Source: Lingula anatina (lineage: Eukaryota > Animalia > Brachiopoda). Taken from it: DNA of 64,000 nucleotides. Below the pieces are notes generated by a model. It was not told the origin of the DNA and searched no databases. It saw only the letters and a list, made by a program, of their open reading frames with translations. The translations under genes were made by a program, and so were the position numbers. The DNA lies in the NCBI GenBank assembly GCA_051362555.1, contig CM120641.1:5642001-5706000 (forward strand). Reading direction: 5' to 3'. Of the stretch, positions 63,302 to 64,000 are shown in pieces; positions within the stretch are counted from its first letter, which is position 1, and each line of letters opens with the position of its first letter.

Positions 63302-63617
63302 GTCCTATGAAACATTCCTGTAAGTCGGAGAACAATAAATAGTTTACTTTTATTGTGGTAACGAGAGGAAAGTGCACGGCGATGTCAAAAGTTGAGGATG
63401 GATTTATGAAGGCAGACAGACAGGTTGGTAATTATCATTAATAATAAATACTATCCTATAGATAGCAATATTAGAGACAAGCCCTGTGTTCGTTTCAACA
63501 TACTACACAAACATTATGCAAGAGTGATTTACCAGCGCGATTGGACGGAATTACATTTTAAAGCGTACATATTCCCACCAGGCGATCTTCTGTAGAACAC
63601 AGCAACATAATTATTAA

Positions 63618-63784
63618 CAGGGGCGGATCCAGAGCTATTTTCTGACAGTCTTACAAATAATCTTTGTTGATCCATCCTCCATTTTTGACTGTCTTCCGAC
63701 AGAAAAAATAGATACCCGACAATGTGAACTTGAATATGTAACCGTCTTCTGGAAGACCCAGAAGACGGCCTCAATCCGCCCCTG
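63618..63784. mobile_element. MITE family A copy (opposite orientation to 10956-11123), 5-bp TSD ATTAA
   Basis: CAGGGGCGGATCC...AATCCGCCCCTG with ATTAA on both flanks. Confidence 0.85.
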
Positions 63785-63843
63785 ATTAAGGCTTCGTTCA
63801 CATGCAATGTCTATTTTCTAAATTCTATTTTCTATTCGCGCTA

Positions 63844-63990
63844 TCTTATGATCACGGTCTGTGCACTGAATATCCCGCCGCGTAATTACTGGCAACGCGA
63901 GCCAGTTACTATAAGTTACTATAAGTAACTGGCTCGCGCTGCCAGTAATTACGCGGCGGGATATTCAGTGCACAGACCGTGATCATAAGA
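63844..63990. repeat. Long hairpin: 67-bp inverted arms with a 13-nt spacer
   Basis: 63844-63910 and 63924-63990 are reverse complements with a single mismatch. Confidence 0.92.
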
Positions 63991-64000
63991 CATGCCGCAA

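Overview
AT-rich, intron-containing animal genomic DNA, probably an invertebrate such as a mollusc (inferred from repeat types and gene style). Because the genes are spliced, the ORF track fragments them. Six host genes were reconstructed exon by exon with consistent GT-AG phases: steryl-sulfatase-like (-), CREBZF-like bZIP (+), a single-domain membrane phospholipase B1-like SGNH lipase (+), a selenocysteine glutathione peroxidase with in-frame TGA and 3' SECIS (+), PPP2R3C (-) and a divergent C2H2 zinc-finger gene (+). A small coiled-coil ORF is a weaker seventh candidate. The 36-48 kb interval is a cluster of decayed mobile elements: DIRS/Ngaro gag fragments, a YqaJ nuclease, a Gypsy remnant with a tRNA-Ala PBS, a Helentron/HINE-like element carrying a 146-bp satellite with a nested 6-bp-TSD hAT-like insertion, and Polinton polB fragments. 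The best non-obvious signals are a pair of duplicated, phase-incompatible (mutually exclusive) active-site exons plus a 9-nt microexon in the lipase gene, an antisense minimal hammerhead ribozyme inside a 41-bp inverted repeat in a lipase intron, a SECIS overlapped by a second SECIS-like hairpin, and a decayed copy of PPP2R3C exon 1. No wholly new biological system can be demonstrated from the sequence alone. All calls were made by eye, without alignment or folding tools.
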